This document shows, one piece after another, positions 21,048 to 32,022 of a stretch of 64,000 nt of DNA. The notes beneath the pieces were generated by a model. The model was not told where the DNA came from. It did no database searches and worked only from the letters and a program-made list of their open reading frames with translations. The DNA is taken from positions 928,001-992,000 of the forward strand of contig CAXXLL010000002.1 of assembly GCA_963662545.2 (NCBI GenBank), given 5' to 3'. Positions within the stretch are counted from its first letter, which is position 1; every line of letters begins with the position of its first letter. Position numbers and translations under genes: made by a program. The stretch is from Gammaproteobacteria bacterium (GTDB lineage: Bacteria > Pseudomonadota > Gammaproteobacteria > Ga0077536).

Positions 21048-21959
21048 ATGGCCAACGACAAGACATGCAGTCGCGAAGACATCGAAATCAACGCCGACGG
21101 CGAGACCGTCCGCGGCTGGTTGTTCCGCCCGCCCGGTAGCCCGGACAAGATGCCATGTATCGTGCTCGGCAATGGTTTTTCGGCCGTCAAGGAAATGGGC
21201 ATGGCGGACTACGCCGAGCGCTTCGCCGCAGTCGGCATGGCGGCCCTTGCGTTCGATTTCCGCAATCTCGGCGAGAGCGACGGCAGTCCGCGACAGGAGA
21301 TCGATCCCTGGAAACAGATTGAGGATCTGCGCCACGCGATCACCTATGCGAGCACGCTACCGTTCGTCGACGCCGATCGCATCGGCCTTTGGGGTACGAG
21401 CTATTCGGGCGGGCACAACCTGGTGATCGGCGGGACGGATCGCCGCGTAAAGTGCGTGGTCGTGCAGATGCCGACCATCAGCGGCCACTGGAGCGGGTTG
21501 CGCCGCGTCCCGATGGACAAGATCCCCGAGGTGACGGCAGCGCTCGCCGCCGACCGCGTCAAGCGCATGCAGGGTGAAGCCCCGACCATGCGAGCGATCG
21601 TTGGTGACCCCGACGTGCACCCCATTTACACCGCCGGCGAAGTGCGCGAGTATTTGGAGAAGTACGCTGTGGGTATTCCGACCTGGCGCAACGAAGTAAC
21701 CCTGAGAACGCTTGAACACGCGAGAGCGTACGAGCCCGGCGCTTACATCGAGTTCATCAGCCCGACGCCGTTCCTCATGATCATCGGATGCCAGGACACG
21801 CTGACCTGCTACGATCTGCAGCTCGAGGCATATCATCGCGCCCTGGAACCGAAGAAGCTCGTGATGCTGAACGGCGGGCATTTCTCCTGCTACGACGAGG
21901 AGTTCGACTTGGCCTGTGGCTCTGCCGTCGACTGGTTCACTACTCACCTTTTCGCCTAA
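21048..21959 (+). CDS. Alpha/beta hydrolase (S9/S15-like)
   Basis: GFSAVKEM, GESDGSPRQE, WGTSYSGGH and GGHF motifs. Confidence 0.85.
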   Translation: MANDKTCSREDIEINADGETVRGWLFRPPGSPDKMPCIVLGNGFSAVKEMGMADYAERFAAVGMAALAFDFRNLGESDGSPRQEIDPWKQIEDLRHAITYASTLPFVDADRIGLWGTSYSGGHNLVIGGTDRRVKCVVVQMPTISGHWSGLRRVPMDKIPEVTAALAADRVKRMQGEAPTMRAIVGDPDVHPIYTAGEVREYLEKYAVGIPTWRNEVTLRTLEHARAYEPGAYIEFISPTPFLMIIGCQDTLTCYDLQLEAYHRALEPKKLVMLNGGHFSCYDEEFDLACGSAVDWFTTHLFA

Positions 21960-22048
21960 AGACCGAACGAGCAGGGCGGACTGGAACCTTCATAGGTATA
22001 CTGCTCCCGATACGCGATGGAATGACAATGCTGTCGTAATCGTACGCC

Positions 22049-23263
22049 ATGTATGAAGTTTCGAAAGAGGCGCTTAAAGGCGCCTTTACCTTTCTGCCGA
22101 TCGAAGATGTGTACTACGGGCCGGGAGTCATCGCCGGGCTCGCCGATCGATTGGCCGCGAGCGGGATCCAAGCGGCACTCCTCATTACGGGCAAGACGCT
22201 CGCCAACAAAACGGATCTCGTCGAACAGGTAATGGCAGCGGCGGGTGGCCGTGTCGCGCACGTCTTTTGCGACACCGTACAGCACGTACACCGCGGATCG
22301 GTGATGAATGCCATCGAACGTGCCCGCTCGGCCGGTGTCGACGGCATCATTTCGTTCGGCGGCGGTACGCCCAACGACACCGGCAAGGCCGTGATCCTCG
22401 GGCTCGCCGAAAACGTGCAATCGGAAGATGATTTCGATCGGCACCGCGTGCGCTTTGAATATCCCGATACGGTCGAAGTCCCACCCGTAAAAGGTGACGC
22501 GCTGCCGATGATCGCGATCTCAACGACACTCTCGGCTGGCGAGTTCACTCATTTTGCGGGTATCACCGACAGCGCGCGCAAGGTCAAGGATCTGTATATC
22601 GACAAGAAGCTCGCGGCAAGCGCGGTTTATCTCGACCCGGAGCTGACCCTGGAGACGCCGGATTGGCTGTGGCTTTCGACCGGCATACGCGCGGTCGATC
22701 ATTGCATCGAGGCGCTCTGTTCGACGACCGCGCACCCGTTTACCGATGCGCTCGCGAGCCGTAGCCTCACCATGTTAGATCGCTACCTTCGCACGTGTAG
22801 GTTCGACGGTGGCGATCTCGTGGCCCGCACCCAGGCGCATATCGCGGCCTGGATGTCAGTGTGTGGCTTGGCTAACGTCAATCTTGGTCTGAGCCACGGC
22901 ATCGGTCATCAACTGGGTGCGCGCAACGATGTGCCGCACGGCGTGACATCGTGCGTAATGATGCATCCCACCATGACCTTCAACAAGGATAACGTTGGGA
23001 CCCGGCAGGCATGGATCGCCGAGCTGATGGGCGAGGACATCACCGAACTCAGCGCCGAAGCGGCAGGGCAAGTGGGACGCGATGCCGTGCTGAATCTGAT
23101 CAAAGACCTTGACCTGCCGCATCGCCTGCGTGATGTCGGCATGACGCCGGATGACTTTCCGGCGATCGCCAGGGATGCGCTGGAAGATCTTGTGGTGGCG
23201 ACCAACCCGCGTCCCGTCACATCCGTCGAAGAAATCATCGATCTCCTTCACACCGCTTATTGA
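22049..23263 (+). CDS. Iron-containing alcohol dehydrogenase / maleylacetate reductase-like
   Basis: GGGTPNDTGK, TTLSAGEFT, DHCIE and HGIGHQLG...PHG motifs. Confidence 0.88.
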   Translation: MYEVSKEALKGAFTFLPIEDVYYGPGVIAGLADRLAASGIQAALLITGKTLANKTDLVEQVMAAAGGRVAHVFCDTVQHVHRGSVMNAIERARSAGVDGIISFGGGTPNDTGKAVILGLAENVQSEDDFDRHRVRFEYPDTVEVPPVKGDALPMIAISTTLSAGEFTHFAGITDSARKVKDLYIDKKLAASAVYLDPELTLETPDWLWLSTGIRAVDHCIEALCSTTAHPFTDALASRSLTMLDRYLRTCRFDGGDLVARTQAHIAAWMSVCGLANVNLGLSHGIGHQLGARNDVPHGVTSCVMMHPTMTFNKDNVGTRQAWIAELMGEDITELSAEAAGQVGRDAVLNLIKDLDLPHRLRDVGMTPDDFPAIARDALEDLVVATNPRPVTSVEEIIDLLHTAY

Positions 23264-23305
23264 TCTGAACATGACGCAAGAAACCACCGATCCCCGCATC
23301 GCACG

Positions 23306-23355
23306 CCGCGATTTCATGGGGAAGGTAGATGTGCCATGATTTATTCAGAGGTTCC
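23306..23355. mobile_element. Partial MITE (one end only)
   Basis: CGCGATTTCATGGG..GTGCCATGATTTATTCAGAGGTTCC matches the end of the 26214 copy. Confidence 0.7.
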
Positions 23356-23409
23356 CTTAATATGCCTCCCATGGAATGGCAGCAGACGCCCGTACCGGGG
23401 AGTCGAGAC

Positions 23410-23832
23410 GTGCTGAAATGGGAGATCGGCGACGTCACCATCACGCGGGTCGTCGAACTGGAGGTGCCGACATCGGCACGTTTCCTGTTCGACGGTGTTT
23501 CCCAGCACGACCTGCTCGGGATCGAATGGCTCAAGCCGCATTTCGTGACCGAGAAGGGCTATATGCTGCTCAGTATTCACGCCTTGCTGGTTGAATCGGA
23601 AGGCCTTCGCATCGTCGTTGATACCTGCCTCGGCAACGACAAGGAAAGAAAGGTCGATGGCTGGGGCATGCGAGACGGTCCGTTTCTGGCCGATATCGAA
23701 GCCGCCGGTTTCCAGCGTGAAGCGGTCGACGCGGTCATGTGCACCCATCTGCACGTCGACCACGTCGGTTGGAATACCATGCGGGTTGACGGTCGTTGGG
23801 TGCCGACCTTTCCGATAGCGCATCGGTGTTGA
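23410..23832 (+). pseudogene. MBL-fold hydrolase, N-terminal fragment
   Basis: THLHVDHVGWNT...WVPTFP then abrupt loss of homology; matching C-terminal half at 32023-32328. Confidence 0.8.
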
Positions 23833-23993
23833 GAAATCGGATCGTCGTAAGGCAACACTTGATCCCGTCTGTTTCGGGAATCTGAACCGCGACGGTACAA
23901 TTCAGTACTAACATATAAATAAGTATCTGCTCGGTGTCCGCGAACTACCCCCGTCTCAACAATTCTTCACGCAAATCCTACAGGAGATAGGAT

Positions 23994-26213
23994 GTGATAA
24001 ATCATGCAGTGGCGCGCATTCTCCTCGCCGGAGGTGTGGCCGGAGGCGTCCTGTTCTCTGAATTGGCCGCGGCCATCGACTGGAATTTTACCGGCTTGTT
24101 TCGTCAGGAAATCGCCTACAGCATCGCCGGTAACAATAATGAAATGAATTCAATGGGCAGCGTGTTCAACGACCGCATCGTGCCGCATTACACCAACGCC
24201 AGTTTCAATGCGGGGAACGCGGCAGCCCCGGCGCGAGCCAACCCCGCGAGCTTGTTTGCCTTCGGGACTACGCCACGGGCTGCGGGTACCTTCGGGGCTA
24301 CGACACGATTTGCGGGCGCCAATACGCTTTCTCCGGTCAACTGCCGCTTCGGGAACCTCAATGCGATTCAGGCGGGCAGTTCGGGCTTGGCCGGGGACGG
24401 CGGCTTCCGTGGCGTTCTCTGCCCCAATGGCGGCGGCACGTCCTACGTGCCCGGTGCCAATCCCGCCGCGGGCGCCGGCTTCAGCCCGCAGGGCGCAGGC
24501 TTGAACGACGACATCAACTTCAATTTATTCAACACGCGCGTCGAGCTCGACCTGCAGGCGCGGTTCAACAACCATTTCGCCGCCTTCGTGAAATTCCGCG
24601 CCTATTACGACGGCACGCCGAAGTTCACCGATGGCCAGCTCGGCGACCCTTATGAAAATCCGTTCTGGGGAACGCGCGCGACCGCCACGGAATGGAACTC
24701 GCCCAGCTTTGTCGTCGACCTGCCGATGGCCGATATTGACTACAACGTCGGCCGGCTCTGGATCCGCGTTGGTCATCAGGTCATTGCTTGGGGCGAGGCC
24801 TACTTTTTCCGCGTAATGGACGTCGCCAACGGACTCGACCTGCGCCGGCATCTGACGCTAGGTCCAGGTGGTGAGGAATTCCAGGATCAGCGCGTGGCAT
24901 CGCCGGGAATCCGCCTCAACTACACCTTTCGTAACGACTGGGAAATCGAAGCCTTTGCACAGCTGTTCTCGCCGACCATTCTTCCCGCTGCGAATACGCC
25001 ATACAATTTGATCTCGGCCACGTTCACGCTCGATGAGCGCGACGAGTACGACGATGCCGAATTCGCGATCAACTTCGGCGCGCGACTGTCCGCACCGGTG
25101 ACCGAGAGATTGACCCTGTTGGCGATGTACGCCAATCGCCGCAACCCCGGCGGCGTGTTCCGCTTCGCAGAGGCGCCACTATTCAATGGGGGCACGCAGA
25201 ATCGATTTTGTGCCGGTGCGTTCAACGATACCAACAATCTGCTGAACACCCTGGGCCTGCAGGGGCTACGGGCCGCGCGCGGTATCCCGGCCATGCCGGC
25301 CCTCTCGCCCGGAACCAAGACACTGAATCACTGCGGTTCGGCGGTCGCGCCCGACCCGATAGCGGCGAGTTCGACCGAGTTCTTTCATCTCGTGAGCCGC
25401 AGCCGACTCGACCCGATGAAGGTCGCGCGGGTGGTCGTCGACGAATGGCCGGCCACGGCCTGGGCCACGCGAGACATCTTCGGCTTCGGCCAGGAGTTCA
25501 ACGTGGTCGACGCGCTCAGCACCCTCGAAGGCTTCCACAGCTTGCTCGGCGGATTCCGCGGGTGGGCCACGCGCGAATTCAAGCGCGAACACATCTTCGC
25601 GGTCGGCGGCAACTACATCGTCAACGCCGATCCGCTGTCCTTCTGGGATCAGCTGATCATCCGCGGTGAAGTTGCGGTGACGCCGCACAAGAAGTTCACC
25701 GATCTCGGATTGAGCTTCAAGTTCATCGAGGAGACGGAAGTCGTCTCTGCGCTCATCTTCGAGAAGCTTCACCGCTGGACGGCCGACTTCCCGTCAATAT
25801 ACATGGTGGCGCAGTGGATGCACCGCACGGAGTCGGACCTGTTCGGAAGACATTTGAGCGGCACGGAGTCGGTGCCCTTGAGTAAATTCCTGGATCCGGC
25901 TACCGGTGACTTTACCCCGTCGGCATTCGTCGATGGGGCTGCTTCACCCAAGGGCAGCGACGCGGCCGACTACGTGGTGTTCGCCTTCCAGCAGCCCTTC
26001 CCCAACCTGCGATGGCGGGTCGATCTGTCGATCCTGGTCGACGTCGAAGGCGGTTATCTGGTGCAGCCGGGCCTCCGCTTCCGCCCGAGCGCATCCTGGC
26101 AGTGGGATCTGTACGCCAACCTCATCGAGGACGGCGGCGACGAAAACGACGACATCATGGAAACGCTGGACTTCGCCGACGAAATCTTCGCCCGCCTGAC
26201 CTACTACTTTTAG
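23994..26213 (+). CDS. DUF1302-like outer-membrane beta-barrel protein
   Basis: Signal peptide, RVGHQVIAWGEA..FRVMDVANGLDLRRH and C-terminal RLTYYF. Confidence 0.8.
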   Translation: MINHAVARILLAGGVAGGVLFSELAAAIDWNFTGLFRQEIAYSIAGNNNEMNSMGSVFNDRIVPHYTNASFNAGNAAAPARANPASLFAFGTTPRAAGTFGATTRFAGANTLSPVNCRFGNLNAIQAGSSGLAGDGGFRGVLCPNGGGTSYVPGANPAAGAGFSPQGAGLNDDINFNLFNTRVELDLQARFNNHFAAFVKFRAYYDGTPKFTDGQLGDPYENPFWGTRATATEWNSPSFVVDLPMADIDYNVGRLWIRVGHQVIAWGEAYFFRVMDVANGLDLRRHLTLGPGGEEFQDQRVASPGIRLNYTFRNDWEIEAFAQLFSPTILPAANTPYNLISATFTLDERDEYDDAEFAINFGARLSAPVTERLTLLAMYANRRNPGGVFRFAEAPLFNGGTQNRFCAGAFNDTNNLLNTLGLQGLRAARGIPAMPALSPGTKTLNHCGSAVAPDPIAASSTEFFHLVSRSRLDPMKVARVVVDEWPATAWATRDIFGFGQEFNVVDALSTLEGFHSLLGGFRGWATREFKREHIFAVGGNYIVNADPLSFWDQLIIRGEVAVTPHKKFTDLGLSFKFIEETEVVSALIFEKLHRWTADFPSIYMVAQWMHRTESDLFGRHLSGTESVPLSKFLDPATGDFTPSAFVDGAASPKGSDAADYVVFAFQQPFPNLRWRVDLSILVDVEGGYLVQPGLRFRPSASWQWDLYANLIEDGGDENDDIMETLDFADEIFARLTYYF

Positions 26214-26375
26214 GGAACCTCTGAATAAGTCATGGTGCGTCTGAATTGTTCATGCAATTGTGCAGATCAAGGCACGAAGCGCAGGCAATAGCGGGGACTA
26301 TTGGCAAGCTTCGTAACGCCGAGCTGCGCGATTTCATGGGCAAGGCAGATGTGCCATGATTTTTTCAGAGGTTCC
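26214..26375. mobile_element. MITE, 162 bp, TTAG target duplication (opposite orientation to the 20624 copy)
   Basis: Same TIRs; interior is the reverse complement of the 20624 copy; TTAG flanks. Confidence 0.85.
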
Positions 26376-26494
26376 TTAGGTAACGAGTGCCGGATGCGGA
26401 TGTGTGCAATGCTCCGACGACCTGATTGAGACGTCTTAAAACATCGCGCTTGCCTCCAAACGGTTGAATTGCCGTGGCCGACGCCTCCACCGGT

Positions 26495-27613
26495 TCACAT
26501 ATCACCGCCGGTCGTTACCCACCACCGCTGGCTGCTGAAAGGCGTGTCAAAATCGAACCGTTCGCCCACTCGCGGGGTGACGACCTTGACGCCTGTCTCG
26601 GCGGCCGCCGACAAGGTTCGCTCGATCGGCTCGCTCCACTCGTGATACGCCAGATTAAACGTTGCCCAATGCACCGGGTAGAAGATATCGGCCCCTAGGT
26701 CGAGGTGTGCCTGTACGGCCGATTCGGGATCCATGTGTATATCGAGCCACGAATCTCCGTAAGCGCCGATTTTCATGATCGACAAATCAAAAGGCCCGAG
26801 GCGTTTACGAATCATCGAGAAATGAGAGGCGTATCCCGTGTCGCCGCTGTAGTAGAGCGATCGATGCTCTCCCTTTACGACCCATGACGACCAGAGTGTG
26901 GAATTATCGGCGTATCGCCGCCCGGAATAATGGCGTGCGGGCGTGTTGTAGAGGGTGATCGTGTTCAACGGCAACGATTCCCACCAGTCCATTTCATGAA
27001 TCTGCGTATCCGCGACGCCCCACCGCTCGAGATGGGCGCCGATCCCGAGCCCCATGTAGAAGTGTGTGCCGGTCTGTGCGAAATGCTTGATGGCATGCAT
27101 ATCGAGATGATCGTAATGATCATGTGAGATAAGCACCGCATCAATCGCTTGCATTCGCTCAAGCACGAGAGGCGGAGGGTGAAATCGCCGCGATCCGGCG
27201 AAATCAAACGGCGAGGCGAATTCACCGAACACCGGATCGGTCATGATGCGCAGGCCATCGATTTCGATCAGCACACTCGAATGACCAAACCAAACGAGGC
27301 GGAGTCCGGACGCCGCGTCCTCGAAATCCGCGTCGGAAAGTTCGAGCACCGGGATCTCGAGCTGAGGCTCGCGAACCTGCCCGCCCGTGTAGTTGTTGAC
27401 CATGGTGCGAAGCTTGTCGAAATCTAAAGGCTCCTGCAGCGGTGTGTTCTCGAATCTCCCACCGACGAACTGAGGTGATTGCCGGATCCGATCGAGATGC
27501 GTGCCCTCGATCGTTCCGCCGAATACCGGCATACGGAGAACTAAGAGAGCGATAGCAAATAGGACGACCGCCGAGCCGAAGAGCCAGGCGAGTAGGCGTT
27601 TGAATATCTTCAT
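26495..27613 (-). CDS. MBL-fold metallo-hydrolase (NAPE-PLD/RomA-like)
   Basis: WFGHSS, SHDHYDHLD, YSGDTGY and PVHWATF motifs. Confidence 0.9.
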   Translation of the reverse strand: MKIFKRLLAWLFGSAVVLFAIALLVLRMPVFGGTIEGTHLDRIRQSPQFVGGRFENTPLQEPLDFDKLRTMVNNYTGGQVREPQLEIPVLELSDADFEDAASGLRLVWFGHSSVLIEIDGLRIMTDPVFGEFASPFDFAGSRRFHPPPLVLERMQAIDAVLISHDHYDHLDMHAIKHFAQTGTHFYMGLGIGAHLERWGVADTQIHEMDWWESLPLNTITLYNTPARHYSGRRYADNSTLWSSWVVKGEHRSLYYSGDTGYASHFSMIRKRLGPFDLSIMKIGAYGDSWLDIHMDPESAVQAHLDLGADIFYPVHWATFNLAYHEWSEPIERTLSAAAETGVKVVTPRVGERFDFDTPFSSQRWWVTTGGDM

Positions 27614-27918
27614 GGAATTGGATGAGGGAATTTCAGGGACAGTTTACTTATTAAGATGATTTAGCCTAATTACAAAAAGGTGGAGAGATGGCCCGTTCTC
27701 TTGCGAAAGACTATTTCAATGAAGCAAGTGGAAAGTAAATTCGGTCGCAAGGCACCCGTATATTCGAAATAGTCGCCAGAGCGCGTCCTTCCCACGGCGC
27801 GGGCTAGAATGATAACGAGACCTCCAAAGTGCAGCGAAGAATTTAGCGCGCGCGACTCCAGCTCAACTGCTCACGCAACTTGCTGGTAGACACGAGCAAA
27901 CTCGCTAGTCAGGAATAT

Positions 27919-28536
27919 TTATAATAGCTGCAGGGTAATTAGCGGTATGTTTATCGTTATCAAGAATGCAGTTAAAGATAGTGAATATTTTCCTTTTGAT
28001 CTTATCGGTGAAAGCATCAAAAGGCTTAATACAATATAAACGATCGCCAAATAACTGGAAGGAATATTTATTAATAACGACAAATAAATTAAGTGAGCAG
28101 CAAGCGAGGCTTGCAAGCCGACTACAACGCCGCGTGAATTCTTTTCAACATTAAACCGTGCCAGTCTATAAATTCCAGAAAATACAAAGCAGCACGCGGC
28201 AATCATCAGGTACTCATTTCCTGAATGTAGACTAATAAGAAATGGTGGAATAAGAAAAGCGATTACGTCAACTAAGGAATCCAAGTCCGCCCCGAGCGGG
28301 GAAAACATATTAAATTTTTTCGCTATAAAACCATCTAAAGTGTCAAATATGTCGCAAACGGTCCAAAGCAATAAGGCACCTAACAAAAAGTGGTTATTTA
28401 GCAGTAGATAAATCCCACTTAGTGCAAATGCCAAAGTAAAACACGTGACAAAATTTGGAATGGTTAAATTCTCAAATCGTTCGTCGAAAAAGAACTTGTA
28501 ATTTTCGTTTTTTGTATTCAAAGCGATGATTTTCAT
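27919..28536 (-). CDS. CDP-alcohol phosphatidyltransferase (PssA-like), AT-rich
   Basis: DTLDGFIAK...GADLDSLVD and YRLARFN motifs. Confidence 0.88.
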   Translation of the reverse strand: MKIIALNTKNENYKFFFDERFENLTIPNFVTCFTLAFALSGIYLLLNNHFLLGALLLWTVCDIFDTLDGFIAKKFNMFSPLGADLDSLVDVIAFLIPPFLISLHSGNEYLMIAACCFVFSGIYRLARFNVEKNSRGVVVGLQASLAAHLIYLSLLINIPSSYLAIVYIVLSLLMLSPIRSKGKYSLSLTAFLITINIPLITLQLL

Positions 28537-28686
28537 AAATGTTTTAGCCCTGGATTGTTAAAACCCCTCTATTATTGCCGCTAATTTGTACGCTTATTGG
28601 CCGACGAACAAGGACGAATTCTTACGTGAATGTGGGGACCTTATGGTTGTGTAAGTTTGCTTGAACTCGATGGCTTAACGATATTT

Positions 28687-28706
28687 GGGGGGGGGGGGGG
28701 GGGGGG
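28687..28706. repeat. Poly-G tract (20 G)
   Basis: Direct count of the homopolymer. Confidence 0.9.
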
Positions 28707-29201
28707 AGTGCAGCTGCGCATGGTTCTAAAAGTCGGCGTAAGAGCGGATAAGATCGCGCAGGTTTTTCGGTAGGAAATATCTGTCGATGATAATTGCCTG
28801 ATTTCATTGGTTCGAAACACAATTTCATGCCCGCACTTTTGAGATTCCGGTGCGGGCGATTCATGCTCTGGCGGTTTTCGCTGCTTTTCAAGACGAATCG
28901 TCGTCGCAGCGCAATCAATCTACTCGCGGAAACGGAAGTCCGCTTAGGAAGCGTGAGCATTATAGTCTAATTAGTCGCCGCGCGCGCGTAAGCTACTTGA
29001 AAGCGTTGTGCAGAAGCGGGACTTGACAGCTATATCTGTGAAGTCGAGCACGCCTATACTTCCAACGCGACGTGCGCTTTGAACGAAAGGATCGATAAAG
29101 AACGCTAATAAATCAAGGGGCTATCATGTCGATGCAAAGCCCTTAGCCCGCAAGGGCAAATGAGTTTATACCCTAAATAGCGACAGCCGCCCGGAGCAAT
29201 C

Positions 29202-29474
29202 ATGTGCAGGAATATAAAGACTCTCTTCAATTTCGAACCACCGACGACGAATGATGAAATTCGGGATGCATCGATCCAGTTCGTGCGAAAGCTCAGTGGT
29301 TCCACTAGACCATCTAAGGCGAATGAAGCCGCTTTCGAGCGTGCTGTTGACGATATCTCTACTGTGGTGCGGACGCTTCTCGATTCGCTGGTCACCTCTG
29401 CACCACGAAGAAATCGCGAAGCCGAAGTGGCTAAAAATCGGGCGAGAGTTGCTGAGCGGATCGGTACGAGATGA
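29202..29474 (+). CDS. DUF2277 family protein
   Basis: MCRNIKTLFNFEPP...QFVRKLSG. Confidence 0.9.
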   Translation: MCRNIKTLFNFEPPTTNDEIRDASIQFVRKLSGSTRPSKANEAAFERAVDDISTVVRTLLDSLVTSAPRRNREAEVAKNRARVAERIGTR

Positions 29475-29815
29475 GCTTCAAATCAATTTATTGGAGGCTT
29501 CTGAACACACTGGCGCGAGTTTTCGGGCTCATGTCCACGGCCTCTGGGGCATACTTTGCTGCGCGGGGTATTTACTACCTTATTGAGCCAGAGGTGGTCT
29601 ATCCGAAAGATATACTTGGCTTCCATCCTTCATTCCGCCTGTTTGCGATTGCTACTGTTCTCTTGGTTATCGGTGTGCATTTCATTCGGGGTGAAGCACA
29701 TCGCCCAGACCTCCCGGAAAATAGGAAGCCTGGTCGTTCCCTATCGCGGCGGACGCATAATTGGTGGAATGGCGAACCCCTGAATGATCAACCGGATCGT
29801 GAAGCCGACCCCTAA
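29471..29815 (+). CDS. Hypothetical membrane protein
   Basis: Two hydrophobic segments; ATGA overlap with the previous gene; stop lies within CCTAAC. Confidence 0.6.
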   Translation: MSFKSIYWRLLNTLARVFGLMSTASGAYFAARGIYYLIEPEVVYPKDILGFHPSFRLFAIATVLLVIGVHFIRGEAHRPDLPENRKPGRSLSRRTHNWWNGEPLNDQPDREADP

Positions 29816-29890
29816 CGAGAAAATTTCAGTCGACGGGAATAACCAAGCGGCTGGTCTTCGACCTTAATGATTTAGTAGGAATGGCGTGAA

Positions 29891-30340
29891 ATGGACATAT
29901 GGGTAGACGCAGATGCATGCCCTGTCGTGATCAAAGATATTTTGTATAGAGCGGCAGAGCGGACCAGAGTGCAGCTGACGCTTGTCGCTAATCAAGCTCT
30001 GCACGTACCGCCGTCGCGCTTCATTAATTTTCTACAGGTAACATCTGGTCTTGATGTCGCTGACAATGAGATAGTTAAAAGGCTTAGCGTGGGTGACCTT
30101 GTAATCACGAGTGACATTCCCTTGGCGGCGGAGGTGATTGAGAAGGGAGGACATGCTCTCAATCCTCGTGGCGAACTGTATTCGGCGGACAATATTAGAG
30201 ATCGTCTTAATATGAGAGACTTTATGGATACGCTGCGATCCAGCGGAATCTATGCAGGTGGTCCGGCGGCGCTAAGCCAAAGTGCACGGAAATCTTTTGC
30301 GAATCAATTGGACAAATTGCTAACTAGTGTGCATCCCTAA
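29891..30340 (+). CDS. yaiI: YaiI/YqxD family protein (last codons supplied by the IS end)
   Basis: [18 protein letters not shown] and LNPRGELY motifs. Confidence 0.9.
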   Translation: MDIWVDADACPVVIKDILYRAAERTRVQLTLVANQALHVPPSRFINFLQVTSGLDVADNEIVKRLSVGDLVITSDIPLAAEVIEKGGHALNPRGELYSADNIRDRLNMRDFMDTLRSSGIYAGGPAALSQSARKSFANQLDKLLTSVHP

Positions 30341-32022
30341 ACGCGATGCGGTTGAAATAAAAAGGAAAATTTGTCGCTTAAGGGATCGAAACCTCCGGTG
30401 GGTCGTGATCTAATGGAACTTCAAACCTCTGATTTTCCACACAATCATCGACACCACAGGAGGGGGAATGCGTCAGAAACGCACGGCCCAAGCGAGTATA
30501 TACGAGCTGTTTGCTGACCATGACCTGGGGCGAGAGCTGCAGGGCATGTCCGAGTGGCTCGATGCTCACCCCAAGGTCCTCACGCCGGTCATGAACGATC
30601 TGTGTCGGCGGGGTTTGAAGCCCACCGGTCGACGCGGACTGTCGGCGGAGTCGGTGCTGCGCTGCGCGGTGCTCAAGCAGCACCGGCAATTGAGTTACGA
30701 GGAGCTGGCCTTTCACCTGCAGGACTCGGCGAGCTTTCAGGCCTTCGCCCGGTTGCCGGGTAATGAACGTCCGAAGAAGTCTGCCTTACAGCGGGTGGTC
30801 TCGGCGATCCAGGTATCGACGTGGGAGTCTATTCATCGCGCCCTGCTGGCGACGGCGAAAGAGACGCGCATTGAGCCGGCACAGCGTGTACGGATTGATA
30901 GCACGGTAACGGACAGTGCCATCCACGCGCCGAGCGACAGTCATCTGCTGTGGGATGGCGTGCGTGTTGTGGTTCGTCTGCTCGCACAGGCGCGCGAGTT
31001 GCCTGGCGCGCCGGAGTTGTGCTTCGTGAACCACACTCGATTGGCGAAGAAGCGTGCGCGGGCGCTGTGGTATGCGCGTGGTGCGAAGCAACGCCAACGT
31101 CTGTATCGCGATTTGATTGGGGCGACGCGTTCAACCTTGGAAGCGGTAGCGAGGGTACGTGAGCAGCTGCTGAGCCCGGGCGTCACCGGCGTTGAACTGC
31201 CGGACTGGCTAGCGCAGGTAGCGCACTACGAAACACTTGTTCTGCAGGTGATTTCGCAAACTGAGCGGCGGGTGTTCGGCGGTGAGAAGGTCCCCGCGAG
31301 CGAGAAGTGCGTGAGCTTGTTCGAGCCGCATACCGACATCATCATAAAGGGTGCGCGCGACGTTCAGTACGGACACAAAATCAATCTGGCTTCGGGGCGC
31401 AGTGGCCTCATCCTCGACGTGGTCATCGAGCGAGGCAATCCGGTCGATAGTCAGCGCTTCATGCCGATGCTCGAACGGCATCGAACACACTACGGGACGA
31501 TGCCACGACAGGTCGCCGCCGATGGCGGCTATGCGAGCCTCGACAATCTCCGGGCGGCGAAAGCAGAAGGCATCGAAGACGTTGCCTTCCACAAGAAGCG
31601 CGGGCTCGCGATCGCCGACATGGTCAAGAGTCAGTGGGTCTATCGACGCTTGCGCAACTTCCGCGCCGGCATCGAGGCCGGTATCTCCTGCCTGAAGCGT
31701 GCATACGGATTGGCACGTTGCACCTGGAAGAGCCTGCCGCACTTCGAAGCCTACGTGTGGTCTTCTGTGGTCGCCTACAACCTCAGCCTGCTCGCGCGCT
31801 ATCAACTCGAATAGCGACGTTCACTCGCACTAACTGACCTCCTCGATATCGTCGAACGGGCGACTTTGGGTTGCAGCGCTCTGCGGCCGGCGAACGTACT
31901 CACAATTACGCTCGAAGAGCCCTTCGACCCCCACCGAACCGCCGCTACCGCTCCAACAACCTACTTTCAACACCTCGATTTCTCCGTGCCCATCGAAGAA
32001 AATGCCTGTTTATGGACGGACA
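30328..32022 (+). mobile_element. ISNCY-type insertion sequence
   Basis: Ends TGTGCATCCCTAAA / TTTATGGACGGACA are imperfect inverted repeats; identical CTAACTAG on both flanks. Confidence 0.8.
30468..31814 (+). CDS. ISNCY family DDE transposase
   Basis: RIDSTV, SLFEPHTDII, ADGGYAS and FRAGIEAGISCLKR motifs. Confidence 0.9.
   Translation: MRQKRTAQASIYELFADHDLGRELQGMSEWLDAHPKVLTPVMNDLCRRGLKPTGRRGLSAESVLRCAVLKQHRQLSYEELAFHLQDSASFQAFARLPGNERPKKSALQRVVSAIQVSTWESIHRALLATAKETRIEPAQRVRIDSTVTDSAIHAPSDSHLLWDGVRVVVRLLAQARELPGAPELCFVNHTRLAKKRARALWYARGAKQRQRLYRDLIGATRSTLEAVARVREQLLSPGVTGVELPDWLAQVAHYETLVLQVISQTERRVFGGEKVPASEKCVSLFEPHTDIIIKGARDVQYGHKINLASGRSGLILDVVIERGNPVDSQRFMPMLERHRTHYGTMPRQVAADGGYASLDNLRAAKAEGIEDVAFHKKRGLAIADMVKSQWVYRRLRNFRAGIEAGISCLKRAYGLARCTWKSLPHFEAYVWSSVVAYNLSLLARYQLE

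Noticed and set aside
28622-28960. 112-aa ORF with a polyproline run
   Set aside because: The proline run is just the poly-G tract read on the minus strand, and no family features are recognisable
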